From: Pseudomonas nitroreducens NBRC 12694
GTDB lineage: Bacteria; Pseudomonadota; Gammaproteobacteria; Pseudomonadales; Pseudomonadaceae
DNA length: 24,000 nucleotides
Direction of reading: 5' to 3'
Assembly: GCF_002091755.1 (NCBI RefSeq)
Contig: NZ_BDAI01000005.1
Span: 142,110 to 166,109 of the forward strand
Part shown: positions 1-8,162 of the stretch, in pieces
How the letters are laid out: each line of letters starts with the position of its first letter
Numbering within the stretch: the first letter of the stretch is position 1
Made by a program: the position numbers and the translations under genes
The notes under the pieces: generated by a model
Seen by the model: only the letters and a program-made list of their open reading frames with translations
Told to the model about the DNA's origin: nothing
The model's database searches: none

Positions 1-2
1 CG

Positions 3-146
3 TTCGGCGGCAACGACGCGAAGCTGGAGCTGTTCGGCCTGGCGACCGGCGCGAAAGAGGATTACAGCCATAACCGACTGCTGCTGTCGCGCAATGCCAG
101 CCAGGAAATCTGGCCGCGTATCGCGCAGTGGCTGGAACAGCGCTGA
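3..146 (+). CDS. 3' end (47 codons) of an unidentified protein-coding gene whose start lies upstream of the window
   Basis: Frame 3 is open from the window edge to TGA at 144-146. Translation is FGGNDAKLELFGLATGAKEDYSHNRLLLSRNASQEIWPRIAQWLEQR. Third codon positions are almost all G/C, as in the confident genes here. The fragment is too short to assign a family. Confidence 0.55.
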   Translation, partial: FGGNDAKLELFGLATGAKEDYSHNRLLLSRNASQEIWPRIAQWLEQR

Positions 147-173
147 AACAGTGAGATTCGGGGCTGCCGGGAC

Positions 174-196
174 TCGCGAGCAAGCTCGCTCCTACA
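174..196 (+). repeat. REP-type intergenic repeat, single copy (core TCGCGAGCAAGCTCGCTCCTACA with internal GCGAGC/GCTCGC hairpin)
   Basis: The same 23-nt core occurs at 19584-19606 and, reverse-complemented, at 19528-19550. It lies between two convergent gene ends (146 and 259). Confidence 0.8.
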
Positions 197-258
197 GGAG
201 AACTCCAGCGCCACCTTGCAGGAACGAGGGGGACGCCCAGTCCTTGTTCGCGAACCCT

Positions 259-825
259 TCAGGAGCGCAGGACTTCCGGCGTGTCTACGTCTCGCAAGAC
301 ACCCGCGTCTTTCACTTCGACGACGACGCAACTGTCACGATGCGCCTGCACCACCGCGCGGGCGCCTTCATCGCCAGTGAGCTGCGTCAGTTCCGGCCAG
401 AAGTCACGACCGAACAGCACGGGGTGGCCACGCTGGCCATCGTGAAGCGGAAAGAGAATGGTCGAGGCACCGGCCGCATCGGCCAGCGCACGCAGGGTTT
501 CCGGTGCGATCCACGGCATGTCGCCAAGCAGGATGGCCACGGCCTGGGCGTCGGAGTCCAGCAATGAGGCTGCACCCGCGGCGAGGCTGTGCCCCATGCC
601 AAGCGCTGCGTCCGGGCTGTGGATGACGCGGCAGCCGGCTGGCAGGCCGAAGGCATCCGCCTGCTCGCCAGCACGCAGCACCACCCGCACGTCGTCGAAC
701 ACAGCCTGGGCCCGCTCGACGCTATGCGCGAGCAGGCTGCGCCCATCCGGAAGAACCGCGCGGCGCTTGTCCGCGCCGAAGCGCGAGCCCTGGCCGGCGG
801 CCAGGACCAGCGCCACCACCGTCAC
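259..825 (-). CDS. MobA/MocA-like nucleotidyltransferase (probable molybdenum cofactor cytidylyl/guanylyl-transferase)
   Basis: 188-aa ORF. The N-terminal VALVLAAGQGSRFG matches the LAGGxGxRxG nucleotide-binding signature of the MobA/MocA family. The GTG start at 825 overlaps the XdhC stop (GTGA, 822-825). It is the last gene of the Mo-enzyme operon. Confidence 0.8.
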   Translation of the reverse strand: MTVVALVLAAGQGSRFGADKRRAVLPDGRSLLAHSVERAQAVFDDVRVVLRAGEQADAFGLPAGCRVIHSPDAALGMGHSLAAGAASLLDSDAQAVAILLGDMPWIAPETLRALADAAGASTILFPLHDGQRGHPVLFGRDFWPELTQLTGDEGARAVVQAHRDSCVVVEVKDAGVLRDVDTPEVLRS

Positions 826-1793
826 AGCGCCTCGCGGGCAATGCCGCTGCGCGTGCGCAGGATGTCGGCGAGCACGGCCAGGGCGATTTCCGCCGGGGTC
901 TTGCTACCCAGATTGAGGCCGATGGGCGCGTGCACGCGCGCCAGCTCCGTCTCGTTCAGGCCACCGATGCGGTGCAGGCGTTCGCGGCGTTTGTCGGAAG
1001 TGGTGCGCGAACCCATGACGCCAATGTAGAACGCTTCGGTGCGCACCGCCTCGAGCATCGCCAGGTCGTCGATCTTCGGATCGTGGGTCAGCGCCACCAC
1101 GGCGGTGTCCACGTGGCAGCCGCCGTTGGCGATGAAGATCGACGGCAGCTCGCGGCGGATTTCGATGCCGTCCAGCACCACGCCATCGAGCGCCTCTTCG
1201 CGGGGATCACAGAGGATCACTTCGAAGCCCAGGCCCTTGCCGAACTCCGCGCAGAAATGCGCGACGCTGGAATAACCGGCCAGCAGCAGACGCTGTGCCG
1301 CACCCACGCGCAAGCGAACACTGGCTTCGTCCCGCTCCACGCGCGGGCCGTGCTCATGGTCGTCACTCAGACGGCGGCTGCCGTCCTGCAGGTTCACTTC
1401 GCGCAGCAGGCGACGCTGGCCGAGCAGCGCCGACTCCAGCTCGCGCAGGTGGGCCTGCACGTCGCAATCGGGCGCGAGGTTTTCCACCAGGACGTCGAGG
1501 ATGCCGCCGCAGGGCAGGCGGATATTCGTGCGGGTATCGGTGCCGTCACCATAGCGCACGACGACTACCGGCTCGCTGAACTCGCCTTCGGCGACGCGTT
1601 CGAGAAAGTTATCCTCGACGCAGCCGCCGGACAGCGAACCCACCCACTGGCCGCTGGCGTTGACCGCCAGCAACGAGCCCGGCGCGCGGGGCGCCGAGCC
1701 ATAGGTGAAGAGCACGCTGCACAGCCACACGCGCTGGCCGGCGTTGGACCACTGGAGCGCCTGCCGGACTACTTGCAGATCGAGATGCTGCAC
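822..1793 (-). CDS. XdhC/CoxI-family molybdoenzyme maturation (cofactor insertion) protein
   Basis: 323-aa ORF. The N terminus MQHLDLQVVRQALQWSNAGQRVWLCSVLFTYGSAPRAPGS is typical of the XdhC N-domain, and a C-terminal Rossmann-like part follows. The GTG start is 3 nt after the cytochrome c stop, with GGAG 7 nt upstream. Confidence 0.85.
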   Translation of the reverse strand: MQHLDLQVVRQALQWSNAGQRVWLCSVLFTYGSAPRAPGSLLAVNASGQWVGSLSGGCVEDNFLERVAEGEFSEPVVVVRYGDGTDTRTNIRLPCGGILDVLVENLAPDCDVQAHLRELESALLGQRRLLREVNLQDGSRRLSDDHEHGPRVERDEASVRLRVGAAQRLLLAGYSSVAHFCAEFGKGLGFEVILCDPREEALDGVVLDGIEIRRELPSIFIANGGCHVDTAVVALTHDPKIDDLAMLEAVRTEAFYIGVMGSRTTSDKRRERLHRIGGLNETELARVHAPIGLNLGSKTPAEIALAVLADILRTRSGIAREAL

Positions 1794-1796
1794 GAC

Positions 1797-3008
1797 TCAC
1801 TCCGCTTTGAGTTGAGCGATCTGTTGTACGCCCATGTCGCCCGGCAGGCCACCCCAGGCCTGGCGCAGGTAGTTGATCAGGTCCGTGAGTTGCTCGTCAC
1901 TGAGCTTGTCGGCAAAGCCCGGCATCGGCTGCATGCGCTCGAAACCGGTGAACTGCTGCTCGCGGATGCCTTCGACGATGACCTTGGCCAGGTTGCGCGA
2001 ATCGGCCAGGCGCAGGGTGGTGTTGCCCTGCATGGCCACGGCGATGTGCGGCTTGCCCTCGCCATCGTTGCCGTGACAGCCGGCGCAGACGTTGAGGTAC
2101 TGCTGGCGGCCGCGCTTGGCGCTGTCGCTGAGCTGATCCTCGGCCACCGCCTGGATCACCTTGGCCTGCGGCGGCTGTTCGCCGAGCAGGTAGGTCGACA
2201 TGGCGGCGAGGTCCTCGTCACCCAGGTGCTGGGTGCTCAGGTGCATCACCGGGAACATCTCGTTGAACATGCTGCCTTGCGGGCTCATGCCGTGCTTGAG
2301 GAAGCCGGTCAGGTCGGCGCTGGTCCAGCCGCGCTCGGCCAGGTCCTGGGCCAGCAGGCTCGGGGCGCTGTAGCCGTTGAGCAGGCCGCCGGTCAGGCGC
2401 TTGTCCTGCTTCAGGGCGCCGATCTGGTTGCGCGGGGTGTGGCACTCGCCGCAGTGGCCGAGCACTTCCACCAGGTACTGGCCGCGCTTGTAGGGCTCGC
2501 TCTTGCCCTCGGTGTTTTCCAGCTGGACGCTCTTGCCGTAGAGCATGTTCCAGCCACTCAGGCCCATCCGTACGTTGAACGGGAAGCTCAGGCTGGTTTG
2601 CGGCGCGGCACGGTGCACCGGCGTCTGGCTCATCAGGTAGGCGTAGAGGGCATCGCTGTCCTCGCGCTTGATGAGGTGGTACGAGGTGTAGGGCATGGCC
2701 GGATAGAGGTTGGCGCCGTCCTTGCGCTTGCCCTCGGTGAGGGCGGCGAAGAAGTCGTCGGCGCTGTAGTTGCCGATGCCGAAGTCCTTGTCCGGGGTGA
2801 TGTTGCTGCCGTAGATGGTGCCGAACGGCGAGTGGATCGGCAGGCCGCCGGCGAACGGCGCGCCGCCCTCGGCGGTGTGGCAGGCCATGCAGTCGGCAGC
2901 GCGGGAGACGTACTCGCCGCGCTTGATCAGCTCCTGGTCAGCGGCTTGTACACTGACCGCCAGGCCGAGGCCGACAGCCAGCGCGAGGCCGGAAAGAATG
3001 CGCTGCAT
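1797..3008 (-). CDS. Triheme cytochrome c subunit of a molybdo-dehydrogenase (AdhB/aldehyde-dehydrogenase cytochrome-subunit type)
   Basis: There are three CxxCH motifs (CMACH, CGECH, CAGCH). The Sec-type signal is MQRILSGLALAVGLGLAVSVQA/ADQ. I chose the start at ATG 3006-3008 (residue 70 of the 472-aa track ORF) because GGAGGG lies just upstream and it sits 2 nt after the FeS-subunit stop. The longer ORF's N-terminal extension is Arg/Pro-rich and overlaps the upstream gene. Confidence 0.85.
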   Translation of the reverse strand: MQRILSGLALAVGLGLAVSVQAADQELIKRGEYVSRAADCMACHTAEGGAPFAGGLPIHSPFGTIYGSNITPDKDFGIGNYSADDFFAALTEGKRKDGANLYPAMPYTSYHLIKREDSDALYAYLMSQTPVHRAAPQTSLSFPFNVRMGLSGWNMLYGKSVQLENTEGKSEPYKRGQYLVEVLGHCGECHTPRNQIGALKQDKRLTGGLLNGYSAPSLLAQDLAERGWTSADLTGFLKHGMSPQGSMFNEMFPVMHLSTQHLGDEDLAAMSTYLLGEQPPQAKVIQAVAEDQLSDSAKRGRQQYLNVCAGCHGNDGEGKPHIAVAMQGNTTLRLADSRNLAKVIVEGIREQQFTGFERMQPMPGFADKLSDEQLTDLINYLRQAWGGLPGDMGVQQIAQLKAE

Positions 3009-3010
3009 GC

Positions 3011-3550
3011 TCAACCCTCCTTGACCAGGCCGAGATCGGTCAGCACTTCGCGGGTGGCGTCGTAGTAACGCACGTACCCGGTGCAGCGACAGATGTGGTG
3101 GCCGAGGCTCGCCTCGATGGTCGATTCCAGTTCGCTCTTCTTCAACGGCTGGCGCTGGGCCTTCTCCACCAGCACGGTGGCGGCGTTGACGAAGCCCGGT
3201 GCGCAGTAGCTGCACTGGAAGGCGAAGCGGTCGACGAACTTCTGCTGGATCGGGTTCAGTTCCTTCACCGAACCGTCTTCCTCGCGCTTGGCGTGGCCCT
3301 CGATGGTGCGCACCTTCTTGCCTTCGAAGTAGTGCGCGCCGGTGATGCAGGTGCGCACTTCCTCGCTGGTGCCGTCGGGGTTGTCGACGATCACCACGCA
3401 GGCATGGCAGATGCCCTGGCCGCAGCCCAGGCGCGAACCGGTGAGGTTCTGGTATTCGTGCAGGTAGTCGATCATCGGCAGGTCCTCGGGAACCTCGACC
3501 GGACCGACGGTTTGACCATTCAAGGTCAGGTTGAGCGGACGCTTAGCCAT
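3011..3550 (-). CDS. [2Fe-2S]-binding small subunit of a xanthine-oxidase-family molybdoenzyme
   Basis: 179 aa. The first cluster motif is GCGQGICHACVV...C. The second is QCSYCAPGF...CRCTGY. There is no signal peptide. The ATG overlaps the large-subunit stop by 8 nt (caATGGCTAAg). Confidence 0.9.
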   Translation of the reverse strand: MAKRPLNLTLNGQTVGPVEVPEDLPMIDYLHEYQNLTGSRLGCGQGICHACVVIVDNPDGTSEEVRTCITGAHYFEGKKVRTIEGHAKREEDGSVKELNPIQQKFVDRFAFQCSYCAPGFVNAATVLVEKAQRQPLKKSELESTIEASLGHHICRCTGYVRYYDATREVLTDLGLVKEG

Positions 3551-6374
3551 TGAGGGCCTCCTTGATGCGAGCGGGGGTGATGGGCAGGTCGCGGACGCGC
3601 TTGCCGATGGCGTGGGCCACGGCGTTGCCGATGGCGCCGACCACCGGGATCATCACCACTTCGGCGATGCCCTTGGACGGATCGCTGGGCGAGAGCGGCG
3701 GAAGGATTTCCGAGCTCTGCTGCCAGACGGCCACGTCCTTCGCCTTCGGGAGACGGTAGCGGTTGAAGTTCCAGTCGCCCTCGCCCGGGCCACCCTCGTA
3801 CAGCGGCATGTCTTCCAGCAATGCGTGGCCGATGCCCATGGCGGTGCCGCCTTCGATCTGGCCTTTCACCAGTTCCGGCACCAGCACGCGGCCACACTCG
3901 ATCCAGCTGTGATGGTTGAGCACACTGACTTCGCCGTTGCCCTTGTTCACCTTCAGCTCGACGATGGTCGCCACCGGGCTGTAGTAGGTCACGGCGGCGT
4001 TGTTCAGCTGCACCGGCGGATAGGCCACGTTCTGGCGATCCAGCAGGTGGAAGCCGGCGCTGTTCATCTGCGCCTTCTTCACACCCGGCGCGCCGTCGCC
4101 GTACTTCACGGCCAGGGCGTCCAACGGCAGGCGGTCGCGCACGCCATCGATGACGTAGTCGCACTCCGCCCAGCTCCAGCGGTTGAAGCCGTGGACGGTG
4201 GCGCCGGTGACCAGGCCCTTTTCGTGGGCGACCTGCGCCAGCTCGGCGAACGACAGCGGCTGCAGGCCGTTGGCGGTGAGCTTGCCGTCGACCCAGTGGG
4301 CGTCCTCGCGGCGCACCACCAGCGGGTTGGCGGCGCCGTTGAACGGGCCGCGACGCCAGATTTCCAGGGCCGCCGGCCACAGGCCGTGGTTGAACAGCAC
4401 GCGTGCCGCTTCGCGGGTGGCGTGGCTGAAGTAGTAGGCCGAGTTGGTCGCCGACGACGCCGAGGCGTACTTGCCGACCCAGCGCGGATTGCGCAGCTTC
4501 TCGTCCTGGGTCGGCTGGCTCATGGTGTAGGGGTCTTCGCCGCTGATCAGCTGCAGCTCCGGCCACTCGGTTTCGGCGGTCTTCATCTCGTCCGCCGGCT
4601 TGCCGAGGAAGTCAGCCACCACCAGCGCCTGGGAAGTGGACATACCGGTACCGATCTCGATGCCGATGTGGCGCATGTGCACCTTGCCGGTGGCATCGAA
4701 CTCAATGCTCGCCATGGGCGCTTCCGAGCCGGTGCCGAAGTCCTTCTGGCAGATGGCGAAGCCGACGCCGTACCAGTGGTCCGGGTCCTTGGCGTCCATC
4801 GACTGCTTGCGTGCGTCGCGGGTCTTCCACCACTCGTGGGCAGCGGCCTTGTCGAGGATTTCGTGCAGGCGCAGCGCACCGGCAGGGATCGCGCCCTGGG
4901 TGTTCTTCATGCCCGACTTCAGCGCGTTGACGCGGCGCAGTTCGATGGCGTCCACGCCCAGGCGACCGGCGATCTCGTCCACCATCATCTCGGTGGCGGC
5001 CATGCTCTGCAGGGTGCCGTAGCCACGCATGGAGCCGGCCTCGACGGCGCGGGAATGGTAGGCGGTCACCTGCAGGTCGTTCTGCGGCATGTAGTAGATC
5101 GACTGCGCGGCGGTGGCGCCCACGGCGGCCACGGACGGGCTGTAGTTGATGCGGCCGCCGCCGTCCACGCTCATCTCGGTGCGGAAGATCTTGAAGGTCA
5201 TGTCCTTCTTGTCCACCGCGAGCTGGTAGCGAATGTCGAACGGGTGGCGCTTGATGCCGCTCTGGAACTGCTCGTAGCGGTCATTGGCCAGGCGCACCGG
5301 TACACCGTTGCCGTACAGCGCAGCGAGGGCCGCGTAGTAGACGAAGATGTTGTGGTCCTTGGAGCCGTAACCCACGGTGTAGCCGGGGTGCATGTTCAGT
5401 TTGGCCAGGCCGAAGCGCGACGGGGCGATCATGTGCGCCGTCTCGTAGGCCGCCTCGAACGGGCACTGGGTGGCGACCACGAAGTGCAGGGTCTTGCTCG
5501 CCGGGTCGTACCAGCCGTTGCCGTTGTCCGGCTCCATGGCGGCCGGCTCGATGGACGGGGTCTTGTAGCGTTCGTCGAAGACCAGCCAGTTCTCCGGCGG
5601 GTTTTCGATCTGGTCCTTGATCTTCTGCGCGTAGAACAGGCCCTGCTCGGTGAGGTCACCGTGCTGGTTGGGCTGCTGGTTCCACACCGGTTTGCGCTCG
5701 CGGATCATCGGGAACAGGATCGAGTCCTTGAGGCTGGAAAACTCGTCCGGATCGGCCGAAGTCGCCCCGCCCACACGCACGTAGCGGAAGCTGCCGTAGG
5801 GGTCGCCCTGGTACAGCGGCGCCTGCGCACCGTAGCGGATCGCCTTGTCGTTGAACTTCATCTTCAGCTTGGCCTGACGGAAGCGCTCGAAGTCGTTCCA
5901 GATCAGGATCGCCACCGGGTGGCCGATGAACATCGGTACCTTGCCGCGCGGCAGCAGCGGGTCCGGGGCATGGGCTTCGGGGAAGACGATGCCGTCCTTG
6001 TCCAGGTCCTCGGCGGTGACGATGCGGTCCGGTTGCAGCTCGGCGCCCAGCCAGGCGAGGTCGATACCGTCGAAGATGCGGTCGGCCTTGATGGTCTTGA
6101 GCAGCATGGCGTGGCCCTGCTGCTGCGGCCAGCCGGGCATGTCCTTGGAGCGGATGTCGCGGGCGAACACCTTGTTGCCGCAGACCTTGGACAGCGCGTC
6201 GTTACGGAAACGCGCCTTGCCGTCGTGGCCCATCCACTGCTGCGGGGAGACGGTGACGGAGTTTTCCATCAGGGCAGCGAAGGCCCGGCTGCCGAGCGGC
6301 GCCATGGTCACGCTGACACCGGCAATCAGCCCGCCCTGCAGGAAGGCGCGCCGGGAAATATCACGGTTGGACAT
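3543..6374 (-). CDS. Molybdopterin-binding large subunit of a xanthine-oxidase/aldehyde-oxidoreductase-family dehydrogenase, Tat-exported
   Basis: 943-aa ORF. The twin-arginine signal is MSNRDISRRAFLQGGLIAGVSVTMAPLGSRAFA. GAGGA lies 7 nt upstream of the ATG. It is followed in the operon by FeS, cytochrome c, XdhC and MocA genes. Substrate cannot be inferred from the sequence. Confidence 0.85.
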   Translation of the reverse strand: MSNRDISRRAFLQGGLIAGVSVTMAPLGSRAFAALMENSVTVSPQQWMGHDGKARFRNDALSKVCGNKVFARDIRSKDMPGWPQQQGHAMLLKTIKADRIFDGIDLAWLGAELQPDRIVTAEDLDKDGIVFPEAHAPDPLLPRGKVPMFIGHPVAILIWNDFERFRQAKLKMKFNDKAIRYGAQAPLYQGDPYGSFRYVRVGGATSADPDEFSSLKDSILFPMIRERKPVWNQQPNQHGDLTEQGLFYAQKIKDQIENPPENWLVFDERYKTPSIEPAAMEPDNGNGWYDPASKTLHFVVATQCPFEAAYETAHMIAPSRFGLAKLNMHPGYTVGYGSKDHNIFVYYAALAALYGNGVPVRLANDRYEQFQSGIKRHPFDIRYQLAVDKKDMTFKIFRTEMSVDGGGRINYSPSVAAVGATAAQSIYYMPQNDLQVTAYHSRAVEAGSMRGYGTLQSMAATEMMVDEIAGRLGVDAIELRRVNALKSGMKNTQGAIPAGALRLHEILDKAAAHEWWKTRDARKQSMDAKDPDHWYGVGFAICQKDFGTGSEAPMASIEFDATGKVHMRHIGIEIGTGMSTSQALVVADFLGKPADEMKTAETEWPELQLISGEDPYTMSQPTQDEKLRNPRWVGKYASASSATNSAYYFSHATREAARVLFNHGLWPAALEIWRRGPFNGAANPLVVRREDAHWVDGKLTANGLQPLSFAELAQVAHEKGLVTGATVHGFNRWSWAECDYVIDGVRDRLPLDALAVKYGDGAPGVKKAQMNSAGFHLLDRQNVAYPPVQLNNAAVTYYSPVATIVELKVNKGNGEVSVLNHHSWIECGRVLVPELVKGQIEGGTAMGIGHALLEDMPLYEGGPGEGDWNFNRYRLPKAKDVAVWQQSSEILPPLSPSDPSKGIAEVVMIPVVGAIGNAVAHAIGKRVRDLPITPARIKEALNG

Positions 6375-6706
6375 GGTTCATCCTCTGGACGGTGAAGGCC
6401 CGCCCATGTCGTTTTTTCGGTGCTGGAGAGAGTTCGGAGGCCGCGGAATCGCGGGCGTCTCGGGGATGGCGCCGGAGGAAAGATCCTGCAGGAAAACCTG
6501 ACTCTTCTGTCAACTTTAACGCACCTCAATAGTGCGAAGCAAAGTCAATCGGACAGCTTGTCGCGGAGATGAAAATTTTAGTCGACGGGTCGAGACTATT
6601 CGCCAATAGCAAAAACCCTCGGCGACAAGCGGGAAAGTGTTACGCCGTGCTACGCTGCATGGCCCTTGCTTAGCCTCCTAACGAACCTTCCAGATAAGCC
6701 TCCAAG

Positions 6707-7918
6707 ATGACCGCCGAAGCCACGTCCCTGCTGCGTCACCGCCCTTTTCTCGCCTTCTGGCTGGCCCGCGTCTGCACCGCCAGCGCCTTCCAGATGATCA
6801 CCGTGGCCATTGGCTGGCATATCTACGAACTGACCCACAACGTGCTCGACCTGGGCCTGGTCGGGTTGGTGGAATTCACCCCGCGCGTGCTCTTCATGCT
6901 GCACACCGGTCACGTCGCCGATCGCTACGACCGCCGCCGCATCGCTTCGCTCTGCCAGGTCGGCCAGGGCCTGATCGCCGTGGCGCTGGTGGTGGGCGCC
7001 AGCACCGACAACGTGACCCGCGAGATGATCTTCGTGATGGCCTTCCTGCTGGGCACCGCGCGGGCGTTCGAGATGCCGACCACCCAGGCGCTGCTGCCGA
7101 ACATCGTGCCCACGGCACTGTTCCCCCGTGCCGTCGCCGCGTCCGCCTCGGCCATGCAGGCGGCGACCATCGCTGCGCCGGCCTTCGGCGGCTTCCTCTA
7201 TGCCTTCGGCGCCTTCTGGGTCTACACGCCCACCGCAGTGCTGTACTTCATCGCCTGCACCCTGGTGCTCACCCTGCCCTCGCGCCAGGCGCCGGCCGCC
7301 CAGGGCAAGGCCACGCTGGAGTCGCTGCTGGCGGGCATCCGCTTCATCCGCAGCCGCCCGGACATCTTCGGCGCCATCTCGCTGGACCTGTTCGCCGTGC
7401 TGCTGGGCGGCGCCACCGCACTGCTGCCGGTGTTCGCCAAGGACATCCTGCTGACCGGCCCCTGGGGCCTGGGCCTGCTGCGCTCGGCCCCGGCGGTGGG
7501 CGCACTGCTGATGTCGTTCTGGCTGGCGCGCTTCCCCATCGAGCGCAACGTCGGGCGGATCATGTTCGCCGCCGTGGGCGTGTTCGGGGTCACCACCATC
7601 GCCTTCGGCCTGTCGACGTCCTTCTGGTTCTCCCTGGCGGTGCTGGTAGTGCTGGGCGCGGCGGACATGATCAGCATGGTCATCCGCGGCGCCTTCGTGC
7701 AGTTGGAAACCCCGGACGAGATGCGCGGCCGGGTCAGCGCGGTGAACGGCCTGTTCATCGGTGCCTCGAACCAGTTGGGCGAATTCGAATCCGGCGTTAC
7801 CGCCCACTGGCTCGGCACGGTGCCGGCGGTTGTACTCGGCGGCGTCGGCACACTGGTCGTCACCGGTGCTTGGATGAAGCTGTTCCCCACCCTGGCCAAG
7901 CGCGACAAGCTGCACTGA
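6707..7918 (+). CDS. MFS transporter (MFS_3 / EntS-like type)
   Basis: 403 aa, hydrophobic throughout with about 12 predicted helices. The N terminus LLRHRPFLAFWLARVCTASAFQMITVAIGW and the motif HTGHVADRYDRRRI are typical of this MFS subfamily. It is divergent from the Mo operon. Confidence 0.8.
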   Translation: MTAEATSLLRHRPFLAFWLARVCTASAFQMITVAIGWHIYELTHNVLDLGLVGLVEFTPRVLFMLHTGHVADRYDRRRIASLCQVGQGLIAVALVVGASTDNVTREMIFVMAFLLGTARAFEMPTTQALLPNIVPTALFPRAVAASASAMQAATIAAPAFGGFLYAFGAFWVYTPTAVLYFIACTLVLTLPSRQAPAAQGKATLESLLAGIRFIRSRPDIFGAISLDLFAVLLGGATALLPVFAKDILLTGPWGLGLLRSAPAVGALLMSFWLARFPIERNVGRIMFAAVGVFGVTTIAFGLSTSFWFSLAVLVVLGAADMISMVIRGAFVQLETPDEMRGRVSAVNGLFIGASNQLGEFESGVTAHWLGTVPAVVLGGVGTLVVTGAWMKLFPTLAKRDKLH

Positions 7919-7951
7919 AAAAAATCCCCCGCTGGAAGCACCGGCGAGGGA
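7918..7951 (-). terminator. Rho-independent terminator for the minus-strand cio operon
   Basis: Hairpin 7925-7951: 11 paired positions with 1 mismatch and 1 G-U, and loop AAGCA. On the minus strand it is followed immediately by T7 (the complement of the A-run at 7918-7924). A second GC hairpin, GGGCGCC/GGCGCCC, lies at 7961-7981. The site sits between convergent gene ends. Confidence 0.55.
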
Positions 7952-8001
7952 TGTGGGAACGGGCGCCGGGGGACGGCGCCCGGATGGGATCGATTGCGCG
8001 G

Positions 8002-8151
8002 CTAGTGCGGCGTGCCCAGCCCCGCCGCGCTCATGAACAGGCGCATCAGCCAGGCTGCGACGCCCAGGCCGGCGACGCTCAGCGCCCAGATCAGTACCAG
8101 CCAGCCGAGCCGCTTGCGCAGCGGCGCCTTCTCCTGCTCTTCATGGGTCAT
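8002..8151 (-). CDS. Small single-helix membrane protein downstream of cioB (DUF2474-like)
   Basis: 49 aa: MTHEEQEKAPLRKRLGWLVLIWALSVAGLGVAAWLMRLFMSAAGLGTPH. The ATG at 8149-8151 is preceded by AGAGGTG, 11 nt after the cioB stop. There is one clear TM helix and G/C-rich third positions. The 111-aa track ORF extension overlaps cioB and is implausible. Confidence 0.65.
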   Translation of the reverse strand: MTHEEQEKAPLRKRLGWLVLIWALSVAGLGVAAWLMRLFMSAAGLGTPH

Positions 8152-8162
8152 CACGCGCACCT

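Noticed and set aside
62-567. ORFs 62-331(-) and 94-567(+), which cross the left-hand intergenic region
   Set aside because: They run through the REP element (the ...CRSELARE... translation is the REP read as protein) and overlap the MocA-like gene or the upstream gene end. They show no coding signal of their own.
930-6395. Very long plus-strand ORFs (930-3065, 711 aa; 3531-6395, 954 aa) opposite the Mo-enzyme genes
   Set aside because: They are antisense shadows of confidently assigned minus-strand genes. Their translations are low-complexity (A/G/R/V/H/D/L-rich) with no recognisable motifs. In high-GC DNA the antisense frames are stop-poor by composition.
6375-6530. A possible Moco (molybdenum cofactor) riboswitch in the 5' leader of the Mo-enzyme operon
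   Set aside because: The leader is GC-rich and contains CCCCGAGACGCC and GCCTCCGAAC, which are reminiscent of the CCGAG/CCUCC elements I recall from the Moco motif. However, I could not find the conserved GGAAAGG-type element on the correct strand or build the multi-stem architecture. It is unsupported without an Infernal scan (RF01055).
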